Source: Paragordius varius
Lineage: Eukaryota > Animalia > Nematomorpha
NCBI GenBank assembly: GCA_964247055.1
Contig: OZ176059.1
Span: 372,001 to 436,000 of the forward strand
Direction: 5' to 3'
Length of the DNA stretch: 64,000 nucleotides
Position numbers and translations under genes: made by a program. Shown here one piece after another: positions 50,501-61,970 of the stretch; the stretch's first letter is position 1, and each line of letters begins with the position of its first letter. The notes beneath the pieces are model-generated. The model did no database searches. It had not been told where the DNA came from and worked only from the letters and a program-made list of their open reading frames with translations.

Positions 50501-53500
50501 TTATTATTGGCTAAAAATGTTAAAAAGTAAAAAAAATAACTATAAGCCAATTATACTGCCCTTTGCTGCATATGCTATTTGGCAATAAAAAATAACTTTC
50601 TAGCAATGTATACATATTCATACTGTAATTAAAAGTATAAAATTTGTACTTCATTAATATTTTGCCCTGTATTGTTTATTATTGCCTCCCATGTGACAAA
50701 TAAATCTTTTTACCGACTATTGTTTTATTAGTTAATATTAAGCGTGATGTGTGTTTTATATGCTTAGGCGGTAAAACTATTGAAATGGCCTTTGGTTTTT
50801 TTCGTTTTTTAATTTGTATTTTTTTAACAAAAATATATGATTGCGAAAAAAATAAAAATTGTACAACAATTCACGGTTAGTAACGATTGATCGATAATAT
50901 TTTTTTTTCAAATATTACAAGTTTTACAGGTTGTTTTATTCTCAATTATAAATTTTGATAGTAGACACTTAATTTGATAATTTGTAAGCAGGTATCTATG
51001 CCAGGATTGGTATGTTTAAGAACTATAGCTAGAAAAATGTTTTACCATAGCCTAAAACAATTTAAACTGATAATTTTAGCACTATCCTATTATGAACCTA
51101 AGCTGACTCTTTATCATTATAGAGAATAAAATAATGTTTCATATTTGATCCTTTTTGTGTAAAAAACTATTAATACTAACAATAATTGCCACAAAGTCAC
51201 CCAATATATTTGCAGATGACCCATGTGTGAATTAAAAGATGGTTTTTTGAACATTTCTCATTGACTTGCCTTAACTTATCTAGGAATTCAGGCGAATTTT
51301 CATTTAGCTTGAGCTATTATCACATGCATTTTAATAGTTATTTGTATAATCTTATAAATCTATAATTATAATAATAATAAAATTACTATTGCCATAAGAA
51401 AAGATAAGAGGCAAAATTACATTGCGACGCGACAAAATAGGAATTTCGTAGATTTTAGCGGTGTGTGTCTCTTTTATGTTCGCTTTCACTAAACTGTCAT
51501 AGGCTCATCATCCAAAAATCATGATTATATCTTCCTGATGGAAATCATATTAATAAATTATGGTTTTTTATTACCATTTTTTTGAGCCTAGAGACTGGTT
51601 ATTAATTCGTTTGTGTTTTTTGGTAGGAAAGAATTTCATCAGTCAATTTTATCACACAATGGATATAATATGGCACAGTAAAGGCGGCATTTTTATCTGT
51701 ACTACATCTATCTATTTCGCTTCGCTATAGCTCTCTCTTTTAATAATTTATTGTAAGGTTTTATGCAAAGCGAACAGCTTATGTATAAAAGATCTCATAG
51801 GGGAGACTCTATGAGTGCAAAAAATATTGAAAGGTGGAAAAGTTTTAGAATTTATATAAAATCTAAAAACTCTTTTTCTCCCCAATAAGCCGAAAAATGG
51901 CCAATTACCAATTACATCCATTGTTTTTGTATGATCGCGATGAACTATTTATGCATGTTAATAAGTAAAAATTAGTATTATTACTCAGAGTGTCATTTTT
52001 AAAAACCCAAATAGTGAGATGTCACTTTTTTAAATAAATTATTTAGATTTAGACAAAATGGTGAAGCAGTTTATTAATAGAAATTACCTTTTTTGTTCAT
52101 ATTGTAATTTAAAAATATTATTCTAAATTTATGTCTTGCAATTGCAGTGATTGCTTTTAGGTTAGGGGCAATGTAAGCGAGGTTAAAATTTTGTTGGGAG
52201 CATTAAATAATATCTGTTACCACCAAATTATATAAATACTATAGATTTAGTTTTTTAAATCCCATAATGTGTCTGAAATTCATGCCTTTTTTAAATTTTG
52301 GCATTAAAATTTATAGTAAAAATCGAAATTATACGGACAAAGATAAAAATGTAAAGAAATTTTTTTGCAAAATACAACCATACTTTATAAATCTTGATTT
52401 TTCCAAACATAAAATATTGTTAAAAATTCCAAAATATATAAAGATTTATATTGGTTCAAATAATTTATATGTGAAAAATTAAAGTTTTAAAAAGTATAGT
52501 TGTCGTTTAGAAAAAAATATTTGTCTTTATATTTTTACGTTTTGTCTGTATAATTTGAACTTTTACTGTATTTACTTAACATTTCCTTACAGAATTAACA
52601 CTAGACCATCCTGAAACCTTAAGTCTTAAGTGATAATCATTTCGATGCTATGTTTGCAAATTCAACCACACAAGCAAAAGTAATTCATATGCTTCCAGTT
52701 TTATAACCAAAAAATATTTCGGATAGCTTTCAGGTTTACTCGAAACAAAAAGTTGCTTAAAATCAATAACGATTTTCAATCATTTAATTCACTCGAAAAT
52801 AAAATTTATATTTTACTCATACAAATTTTATATCAGTTATCGCAATTTGGAAAATAATTTTGCGGCAAGCAGTTTGAGATGAGGAATTTAGGAATTAAAA
52901 TTTTAAAATTTCTAAAATTATTTTTGTGTATAACCTCCCCAACATACATGCCTACTTAATTAAATTAAATATTAGAATTTAAAATTATCCCTTTGGTCAA
53001 TGGATGTATGCAATAAGAAAAGTTTTGAATTTAGAAAGCTAAAAAAATTTGTTTTTAATACTCCTTAAATTTAACCAAATATGTCGAGGACATATCGAAT
53101 ATATGTGTTGTAAAAAAAGAGTATTGGTTTAAACTACATTTTATCCTCCATGTATCTTTATCTATATATCTATCTATATACTTTTATTTCTTAGCTTAGG
53201 AAAAAGTCATAAATGTTTACAAAGGTCAATAGTCTTCTTTCTCTTGCAAATAACTTTTTATACAAATGCTAAAGCGAAAAAAAACTTTACATACTTACTT
53301 GTTTAAATATAAACCAGGAATAAATTATATATGATACGGTCCGAAAGAAATGGTATCTGCTGTTTTGGATTTTTGGATATATATATATATATATATATTG
53401 CCATTCACAATTCAAATTCACCTTTGAAAAATTTAAATGCACCCTCTAATAATTCAAATTCACCCTAAAATAAATTATGTGTTTTTCTAGGATTAAAAAC

Positions 53501-54652
53501 TAATATTTTTTAATATTTTTTAAAATAGGAAATTCTGTTTAAAATTATTATATAATGCTGGAAAAATAATAAACTATGTCGTAAAAATGTATTTTATTTT
53601 ATTATGAGTTATATTGGCCCAAAAACACATAATTTATTTTAGGGTAAATTTAAAATTTTTGAGGGTGAATTCGAATTGGAGGGAATTTGATTGTTTAAGT
53701 GTGAATTCGAATTGTAAATGCTATAACTTATATTAAGGCATAATAGTTATTTTGAACGGTAAAACCGGTAATTAATTCATAATATAAAGCATGTGGATAT
53801 ATAATTGGAAAAAAGGTTGAGGATATCTATTTGATCCGATACATATAGAAAACCGTGGGCCCATTTAATATCATTTTTTAAAATCTTAAACTTGAGTAAT
53901 TTATGTGATTACTATTTTTTTAAGCGATAGTTTGACATCCCACCAACAATCTTTTTTAATCCGAGCTTTGTTCAAACTTAAATCCGCAGTAATATTTTGG
54001 ACTTTCCCATTCGTTCTTGGCTGTTTTCTGTAAGTCTCCTAAACCCGCCTTGTTTGTTAATCCTGATATGTGTATCATATTAAAAACACACATGGCAAGG
54101 CTTCTAAGCAATTTGCAATTTTTATTAACTCATAACTTATTGCTTCTGAATAATTAAACCTGCGGTGTGTGGTATATCGCTTTAAACATGTGGCCACACA
54201 GATACTACCAGACAAAAGACACTTTTATAAGTTCAATAACAGAATGATTTTCGTCCGCATATTAATATTTCCTTGATGTGTGCGAATATCAAAACCTTTT
54301 GGTGGAAGCATCTACTTGCTGTACTATCGTTGTATAATTTTTAAGTTAGCAGTAACATCTAGATTGATATTTAAATGGCGGGTAAATTATTTTGCCATAT
54401 TCTTGTCAAAATTTTCATCTATTCTGAAACTGAATTAGAGAGTTGTTTAATCGATTAACTTCTGAATCCAAAAATGGCTTCATTCGGTTTATTCGTTGTG
54501 CATAACATTTTATTTTTGCATAAATTTTGTTATGGTCTGGTCGATTTATATTGTATGCTAGCTGGCCCTGTCACGCTTCGCTGTGACCTACTCCGACAAA
54601 TTTTTTTAATAATTTAAAATAGAGGTAAGGGGGATAAAAAAATAATGAAAAA

Positions 54653-55658
54653 AGGGCTTGAAACCCGTTCAAAAAAGTGGAACCGAAACCAGATCGGTTC
54701 CTCAACAAGTAGAACCGGAACCGCGTTGGTTCTTAAGACTATAAAAATAGAACCGGGCGGTTTCTGAAATTTTGGAACCGGAACCGGGATGATTCCTGAA
54801 CAAATGGAACTGGAACCGCGCTAATTCCTTAAAAATTTAGCGGTTCCGGGACCGGTTTTTTACATTTATAACCTGTTCCATTATTGGATCCTGACTTTTG
54901 ATTAAATAATTTTCTTACAAAATTATTAATATAACAACCAACATATTAACAATTATAAATCAAACAATTTATTATAAGTTGCCAAATGTGTATTGAAAGA
55001 AATATAATGTAGCATAATAAATGAAACAAATTAAAAAAATAATAGTAAAATGTGTAACAAAGGTATAAAATGAGAGTTAAATTATTTATGGAATCTAAAA
55101 AATTCTTTATTTAATTTAAAAAAATATTGCACCAAGCAATTCGCTGCTCAAACTGCTTCTCAGGTCTGAAAATCAATTAAGGGTTAAACTTCTTTCAAGA
55201 GAGACCTATATATACTAACATGTGAAAAACTTGAGTCATGCCTATTAATTTTTTTAAACAGCCGAATCACCCAAAATTTAGAGATTATCGCTAATATAAT
55301 AGAAGGCGCTTAGTTTTAGGCTTAAAGTTTGAAGTATATAAGATGTAGTGGTACAATCAAATTTATATAATAATAAAATAAAATTTTATAATAAAAATCA
55401 TATGGGAACCAGAAATTAAGGGGGGTGGAACTGGAACCGGGTTGGTTCCTAAACGGTTGGAACCGGAACCGGGTCGGTTCTTAAAAATTTATTGATAGAA
55501 CCAGGGTGGTTCCTGAAATTTTGGAATCGGTACCGGGGTGGTTCCCGGAGAAGTGGAACCGGAACCGCGTTGGTTCCATCCCAATGGAACCGGTTCTTGT
55601 TAAAATCCCAGGAACCGGGTTCCGGCTCCATGCGGTGCCGATTCCAATCCAAGCCCTG
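54653..55658. mobile_element. ~1-kb element with AGGGCTTG/CAAGCCCTG ends and subterminal GGAACCGGAACC...GGTTCC hairpin arrays (hAT-like MITE)
   Basis: Arrays of ~31-32-bp self-complementary units at 54675-54860 and 55425-55630, an AT-rich centre and short inverted termini. No clear TSD. Confidence 0.55.
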
Positions 55659-56149
55659 AAAAAACATTTTAATAAAAAGTATGTCTTTAATTATTCTTCT
55701 ACGAATTTTTGCATTGGCTCAAATATTGTTTTCTCAAAATTGACCATATTTAAACTATTCCTTACTAAAGTTAATATTTTTAACTATAATTGGATTTATA
55801 TTAAGATTTTCATTTTACGAAATCATGGTTAAATGTTTTATTTTGAAATTGTGTTCACACAGCTGGGATCAAGGGATATAATCAGTTAATCATTTGTGGC
55901 CCTTTTAAAGGAAAAATGATATTATACAAATTCCTAAGAAATGTATTTAACTGTACCCGTATGGCTTCTTAAGTTTTTGAAAATTTGCTCCGAAACCACC
56001 CTATTTTGGTTAGCTCAGCTTTAAACCTGTAAACCCTCACCCATAGACCTATATGGAAAAAGAAATTCTTTGCCTTTATTGGGTAAATATTTGGAATCAT
56101 TTTTGATACCATCGTCTCATGGGTTATTCGAAAAAATACCTCTACACTA

Positions 56150-57750
56150 AATAATCGTTAAATGATGGCGTATTTTAGGGCATAAAGGCCCCAAATTAAC
56201 CGCTAATAAAAGAACGCCTGACCTTATTTTTGCTTAGTTACGGGTAATATTTCAAGATTTTAATGAACTCATATGGCTTCATAAATTTTCTGTATATTAC
56301 AAACGCAATTTCTATATAGTGGCGCAGTTTTTGGCGGGTACCCAGGGGCAGGTATAAAAAAGCGTTAAGCAAAATTTTAGCCTTTTTATGGGGAATATCT
56401 GGAATTATCATAAATCCCATATTTTCATATTAGGATCATAGGTTTTCTAAAATTTCCAAAGGCATGCTGTATCGATGGATGACTCAGTTTTACGCGGGTA
56501 GCCCCTCACCAGTGGGGAAACAAAAAAACGCTCAATTAAATTTTTGCCATTCGGGTAACTGATATCATGATTGATTTCATATGCTCTCGTAAAATAAAAA
56601 AATATACAGTTTGAGTCTCTTTTTTCCTTTTTTAATAAAGGGTAAGGACTTAAATTTGTATCAGGAAATGTGAAGGCTTTAACACTCGCCTGCCCAGGGC
56701 TGACAGTGATGATGGAAAAAATGCGTAGTTTCGGGGTTCGAACTCTGGCACGCAGAGTTAGAGTCCGGCGCCCTACCTACTATACCATCACGCCTATATA
56801 CAATTCGAAAATTTGCTCAAAATCAATAAGTCATTCTATAATAGCGCATTTTCAGTGCAAGGGCCTAATTAAGGGGTAATTTAATCAAACCGCTCTACTT
56901 ATATTTTTGCCTTTTTACTAATATTTTAAGCCCTTATTGACTCACATGACCTGATAAGTATCTAAAATTTGCCTCCTAAGTGACGCTCTATAGATATGGT
57001 GGCGCAGTTATAGGCGGGTAGCCCCCTATCCAGAGGCCAATATAAAAAAGACGTTCGATAAATTTGCCTTTATAGTGGGAACCTAAAATCATCACTCAAT
57101 TCATATGCTTAATAATTTTTGGTGGCTACAAAACTAAATAATAGTTCAATGATAGCGCATTTTAGGGCGTAAAGGGCCTAATTAACGGCTAATTGAAAAA
57201 AACAACTCGATTCAAATGTTTGCCTTTTTACGGGTAATAAGGCGTTTATTAATGTGGCTTGATAGGTTTTCTGAAAATTAACTCCTAAACAACGCAATAT
57301 GGTGGCGCAGTTTTAAGCGGGTAGCTCCCTACTCAGAGGTTCATACAAAAGCGTTTGATTAAGTTTGCCTTTTTACGAAGAATATCTGGAATCATGATGG
57401 ATTCCATACGCTCTCATTAGTTTTCGGAAAAATTTCCCCAAAACTTAAAAATCATTATATGGTGGCGCATTTATCAGGGCGTGAAGGGCTTAATTGAGGG
57501 CTAATTTTAAAAAGCCGCAAGACCTAAATTTTTGCCTTGTTACGGGTAATATTTTAAGCAGCTATTGAATTAATATGGCCTGATAGGTTTTCTGAAATTT
57601 AGCCCCGAAGGCACGCTATTCCGATATGACGGGTCAGTTTTTAGCGGGTGTCTCCTTACCCGGCAGCCAATATAAAAGAAACGCTTGCCTTTTAACTGAA
57701 AATACTTGGAATTCTTATTTAATTTTTACGTCTCATACTTTGGGGGAAAG
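56150..57750. repeat. Diverged tandem array, ~310-bp unit built from two related ~155-bp halves
   Basis: ATAGCGCATTTTAGGGCG anchors at ~56165, 56841, 57152 and 57462; TGGCGCAGTTT..GCGGGTA anchors at ~56320, 57000, 57302 and 57630. Confidence 0.75.
56722..56794 (-). pseudogene. Degenerate tRNA-like sequence (tRNA pseudogene or SINE head), Gln-like, CTA at the anticodon position
   Basis: Minus strand reads GGCGTGATGGTATAGTAGGTAGGGCGCCGGACTCTAACTCTGCGTGCCAGAGTTCGAACCCCGAAACTACGCA then T6. It has an A-box, a B-box and an anticodon arm CCGGA-CTCTAAC-TCTGC. The T-stem and acceptor stem are broken. Confidence 0.5.
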
Positions 57751-60604
57751 TTAGGTTCTAAAAATTATTTTTGTACACTTGATTTTTTTAAAATGGCATT
57801 TTATTGGGGGGAGCGGGTAAAAGAGGGCCTAAATTAAAAAAGCTAGCCGATGTTCGGCGTAAATCAATAAAAAAATCATATTTGAAATTGAATGGTCCAA
57901 CACTTTTTCAGGAAAATTGTCTCAAAGACACAATTGTGGACTTCTGTTTTCAAAAAAACCGTTTTTTACACGGGGTAGGTTCTGGGGGCCTAAAAAAGGG
58001 CGAAGCTATTGTCAGGGCATTCATTAATGATTTTATTTTTCAACATTTGGATTTGAATGGGTCTATCGGTTTTTCATAAATAGATCACCAATTCCATTTT
58101 ATAAATATATAGATCTCCATTTAAATTATGTCGATAAGTTTTTAATATGGATACATCAATTTATATATAATTTACATTTCAAATTAACACTTGAACAATT
58201 CAAATTCACCCTTAAATAAAACAATTCTAATTTATCCTAAAATAAATTATGTGTTTTTTAGGATTAAAAATTACCTTTATTTTTTATATTTTTTTAAAAA
58301 ATTAGATTTTATTTAAAATTAACATAATACTGAAATTATACTATGCCATAAAGATATATTTCATTTAAATGATGAGTTATATTAATCGGCCGAAAAATTA
58401 TTTTTTAAGGTGAATTTGAATTGTTGAAGGGTGAATTCGAATGTAAATGGTATATATATACAGTTTGGCCCTAGTTTTTTTGACAATCAACACACATCAA
58501 ATGAACAAACATTTAAATTTTGGCGAATTTCTTCTAGAGCGCACACTTTATTTCGAATCATGATAGATACGCTGTAAAAAAAAGTTTAGTTTAAAAAAAT
58601 TACATTATCAAAATTATTTTATTAAAAAAATGAGATAAATTTAAATGATCAAAGTAATGTTTTAAATAAAAATAATTCATTTTGTTCATAATTTAAAATA
58701 AATATTTTGGGCTAATCGAAAAAAATTCACTTTAGCGGATTCTAAAAATAAGAGACCTTTGCTTGCATATAATATGAAAATAATTAACATTTATTATAGA
58801 TATATTGTTTGTAATATATATATATATATATATGTTACAAAAATTGGAACGAAACTTTAGCTTCCATCACAAGTTGATATAATAATCACTAATTTTAAAA
58901 TAATTTTTTAATTTAGCGCAATTATTAAAAAAAAATACAGTAAAAACTGAAATTATACTGACAAAACGAAAAAATATAAAGACAAACATTTTTTTCTAAA
59001 AGACATCCTACTTTTTTTTGGAATATAAACCATTGTTTATAATTGCAAAGTATGAAATAGAGATGTATATTGGTAACGCAATCAATTATATATTTTGCAA
59101 TTTTAATTAAATAGTTTATAAGGGAAAATTTAAGGTTTAAGAAAACTTGGTTGTCTTTTGAAAATACAAGTTTGCCTTTATATTTTTAGGTTTTGTTTGT
59201 GTAAATTTAATATTTATTGTATTTTTATCGAAAATCGAAAAATTATGTATGAAATCTGATTCATTCTTTAATATTCCTTTATTAATATTTTTGTATCAAC
59301 TCTATATATAAAAATGTAATAGTTTTAAAATTATATTAATAACTGCAAAATTCGGAAATTATAAATTTTTACAATCTGACCTGTTATTTTTATTAGATGG
59401 GTCAAAATGAAATTATAAAGCCAAAACGTAAAAACTAAGAGTTGAAGATTTTTTTATAAAGACAAATATATACATATATTTTCATATTTAAATAATCCAT
59501 CGTTTTAGGAAAAGAATACTTAAGTAAATTATATGATATCTTTTACAATGATTTTAATTTGGGTCCTATAAATCAAGAAAAAAGTTACATACCTTTATCA
59601 AAACATACATCGATGTAAATTGCTTCTTTTCAGGTTTATTTTAATCACACTCTGTTCTGTCAGATGTTAGAGAAAATTATGATCATAGCTTAACTTCTTT
59701 AATCCAGCGCGCGTTTTCCCATACCACTTTTTTTTGTGGCCTTCCATTTTTCCTATCATGAGCTGGTAAAAATTCCTTGGTTCTGTTAAGAAAGTTTTAT
59801 TTTAAAAAGATAGAGATCCGAACATGGATATGTACCGTAAAATAAAAAATATACGGACAAAATGTAAAAAAAGACATATATTTTTATCTAGGATAGCCAC
59901 ACTTTTTTAAACCTTAATTATTCCTACATAAGCTATTTAGTTACAAAAAGATATAGAATTGATTGTGCTAATAATATCACACTTTATAATTTAAAACAAT
60001 GAGTTATATTTGAATAAATAATTAAAAAAAATGGTTGTCTATTAAATAAAATTTTTGTCTGTATATTTTTACGTTTTCTCCGTAAAATTTCGGTTTTTAC
60101 TGTATGTTTCAGAATTTCGGTGTTTTTAATTCCTTACAATCGATTTACTATCTCCTACTCGGTTATTTCAAAAGCAGTTTAATTGTCTTTTTTGTTTAAC
60201 CTTTTTAATGTCTAATTGTCTGAAACGATGCTTACTCAAGATATATAGCTGACCTAAAATTTAATTTATACATTGTATATATAGAGATTAAAGTAAAATA
60301 TTTTTTTTTCCAAAGTGAGCCATACTTTTTTAAACATTAATATTTTCTAAACTATTTTTTCTAAATGTCCATTTCATATTTAATGACTATTGAATCAAGC
60401 TCCAAACGCGAGAGCGGTAGCGGTTTTATAATAAAATATATTTGTCTTCATATGTTTACTCTTTTTTCATATCATTTAAATTTTTGAAATTTGCCTTTCA
60501 CCCTTCTCTAATGTCCAACTCTGTGCTACGTAAAGCATACTACTTTGGATGAGAGATATGACTGTCATATATTGTTTATCAATCTCAATTAATTTATACA
60601 CCTG

Positions 60605-60643
<39 letters not shown>

Positions 60644-60942
60644 AATTGAAATTATACGGACAAAATGTAAAAATATAATGACTAATATTTTTTTCAAAAG
60701 ACACCATCCTTTTTAAATCTTAATTCTTTAAATATAACTCATCGTGTTAACTCTTTAGTGTAAAATACAAATGTATACTGGTAAAACTATCGATTCCATA
60801 TTCTACGATTGTTAAATAGCTTATATAAGGAAAAACTAAGGAAAGTTTGAAAAAGTATGGGTGTCTTACAATATTTGCCTTTATGTTTTTTCCGTTTTGT
60901 CCGTACAATTCCAATTTTTAGTAAACATATGTATATATGTAG

Positions 60943-61271
60943 GATCGCCGTTTTTTGGGTGTTGCCGAAGAAAGTAGTGGCTTACAACCTGGACGACGGA
61001 GAAAAAGTTCCATTTTTGCGGCTGCGTCCGGTCGAGCCCGTCGTAAACGGGAACATGAACGCCGTCGAGCCCGTAAAGGCGATCATCAACAGGGAGGTGG
61101 TGGTGTTGTTGTTGATGATACCTCATCCGAACAATTAATGCAAAGGGCAGAAACTGTTACACCGCACATTTACGTTAATCCCATGTTGGATGGGGATGGG
61201 GATGTGGAGACAGCCCTCACCCACCCGGCACGGAAAACGCCATCCATGTTTGACATTGCGAGAATGGCTGA
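60943..61271 (+). CDS. Internal coding exon of an unidentified gene (basic, Arg-rich; RRKSSIF motif)
   Basis: GC-rich island bounded by a tag| acceptor (60941-42) and a |gtaagt donor (61272). Open for 109 codons: DRRFLGVAEESSGLQPGRRRKSSIFAAASGRARRKREHERRRARKG...RKTPSMFDIARMA. It could instead be a terminal exon ending at TAA 61273-75. Neighbouring exons not found. Confidence 0.55.
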
Positions 61272-61387
61272 GTAAGTATCAACATATTTTATTGTAGTAA
61301 ATCTTTATTATGTGTGTTGTGTAGTTTAAACGGGTGAAGTTGGTATATTAACATTTCAATATTGTCTTATGGGTATAATTCTAAACA

Positions 61388-61970
61388 ATTGCACTTCAAG
61401 AGTATCCTTTAATATTTCAAGTCCTTGAACACTTAAAGCTTTAAGTTGGTCCTTGAAAACTTAAAGTTGACTTCAAGTTGGTCCTTGAACACTTTAAGTT
61501 AGTCCTTAAAATTTTTAAATATTTAACAATAATTTTTGCATTTATTATTTTTTAACTTATTTCTCTTTATTTATTATATATTTAATCATTTAAATTATTT
61601 TTATTCAAGAAACTTTTTTTGTTTTTAACTAATTCAATTTAACAAAAGTATTAAATTTTAAATGTCTTTAATGAAAATTTGTAATAATAACACACAAAAC
61701 TTATATATTTTAAATTACATGTTAAAACCATAAAAATGAAGATATACGGTTTCTGAATGATCGAAAGTCGGTAGTGATTTAAAGTTCATGTTAAATAAAA
61801 AATTTGGTAAAAATGAGAAAGATGAATAATACACGATTTGATTGATAATTAAAAACAGAACAAAAAAGTTAAAGGTTAACTTGAAGTTTACAAGGAGCAA
61901 ATAGTGTTCAAAGACCAACTTAAAATGTTCAAGCACCAACTAGAAGTGTTAAATGAAGTATAACTTTGCA
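61388..61970. mobile_element. Family D element, longer copy
   Basis: Left arm has TTGCACTTCAAG plus several GTTGGTCCTTGAA units ~21 bp apart; the right arm has inverted GACCAACTT/CACCAACT units. Confidence 0.6.

Noticed and set aside
53950-54595. Decayed transposase or Helitron-like end (CTAGCTGGCCCTGTCACGCTTCGCTGTG)
   Set aside because: Only a vague end-motif resemblance; all frames are interrupted and no catalytic motif was found.
55425-55640. CRISPR-like appearance of the palindromic GGAACC repeats (and of the 21-bp arrays)
   Set aside because: Repeats are degenerate, spacers are under ~10 nt or absent, there are no cas genes, and the context is a eukaryotic intron-containing genome.
55449-55832. 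ORFs of 72 and 108 aa over the GGAACC array
   Set aside because: By-product of the GC-rich repeat; no recognisable protein.
60857-61138. Alternative-frame ORFs 60857-61138 (+) and 60881-61126 (-)
   Set aside because: They start inside an M1 MITE and lack matching splice sites; the 60943 frame fits both acceptor and donor.
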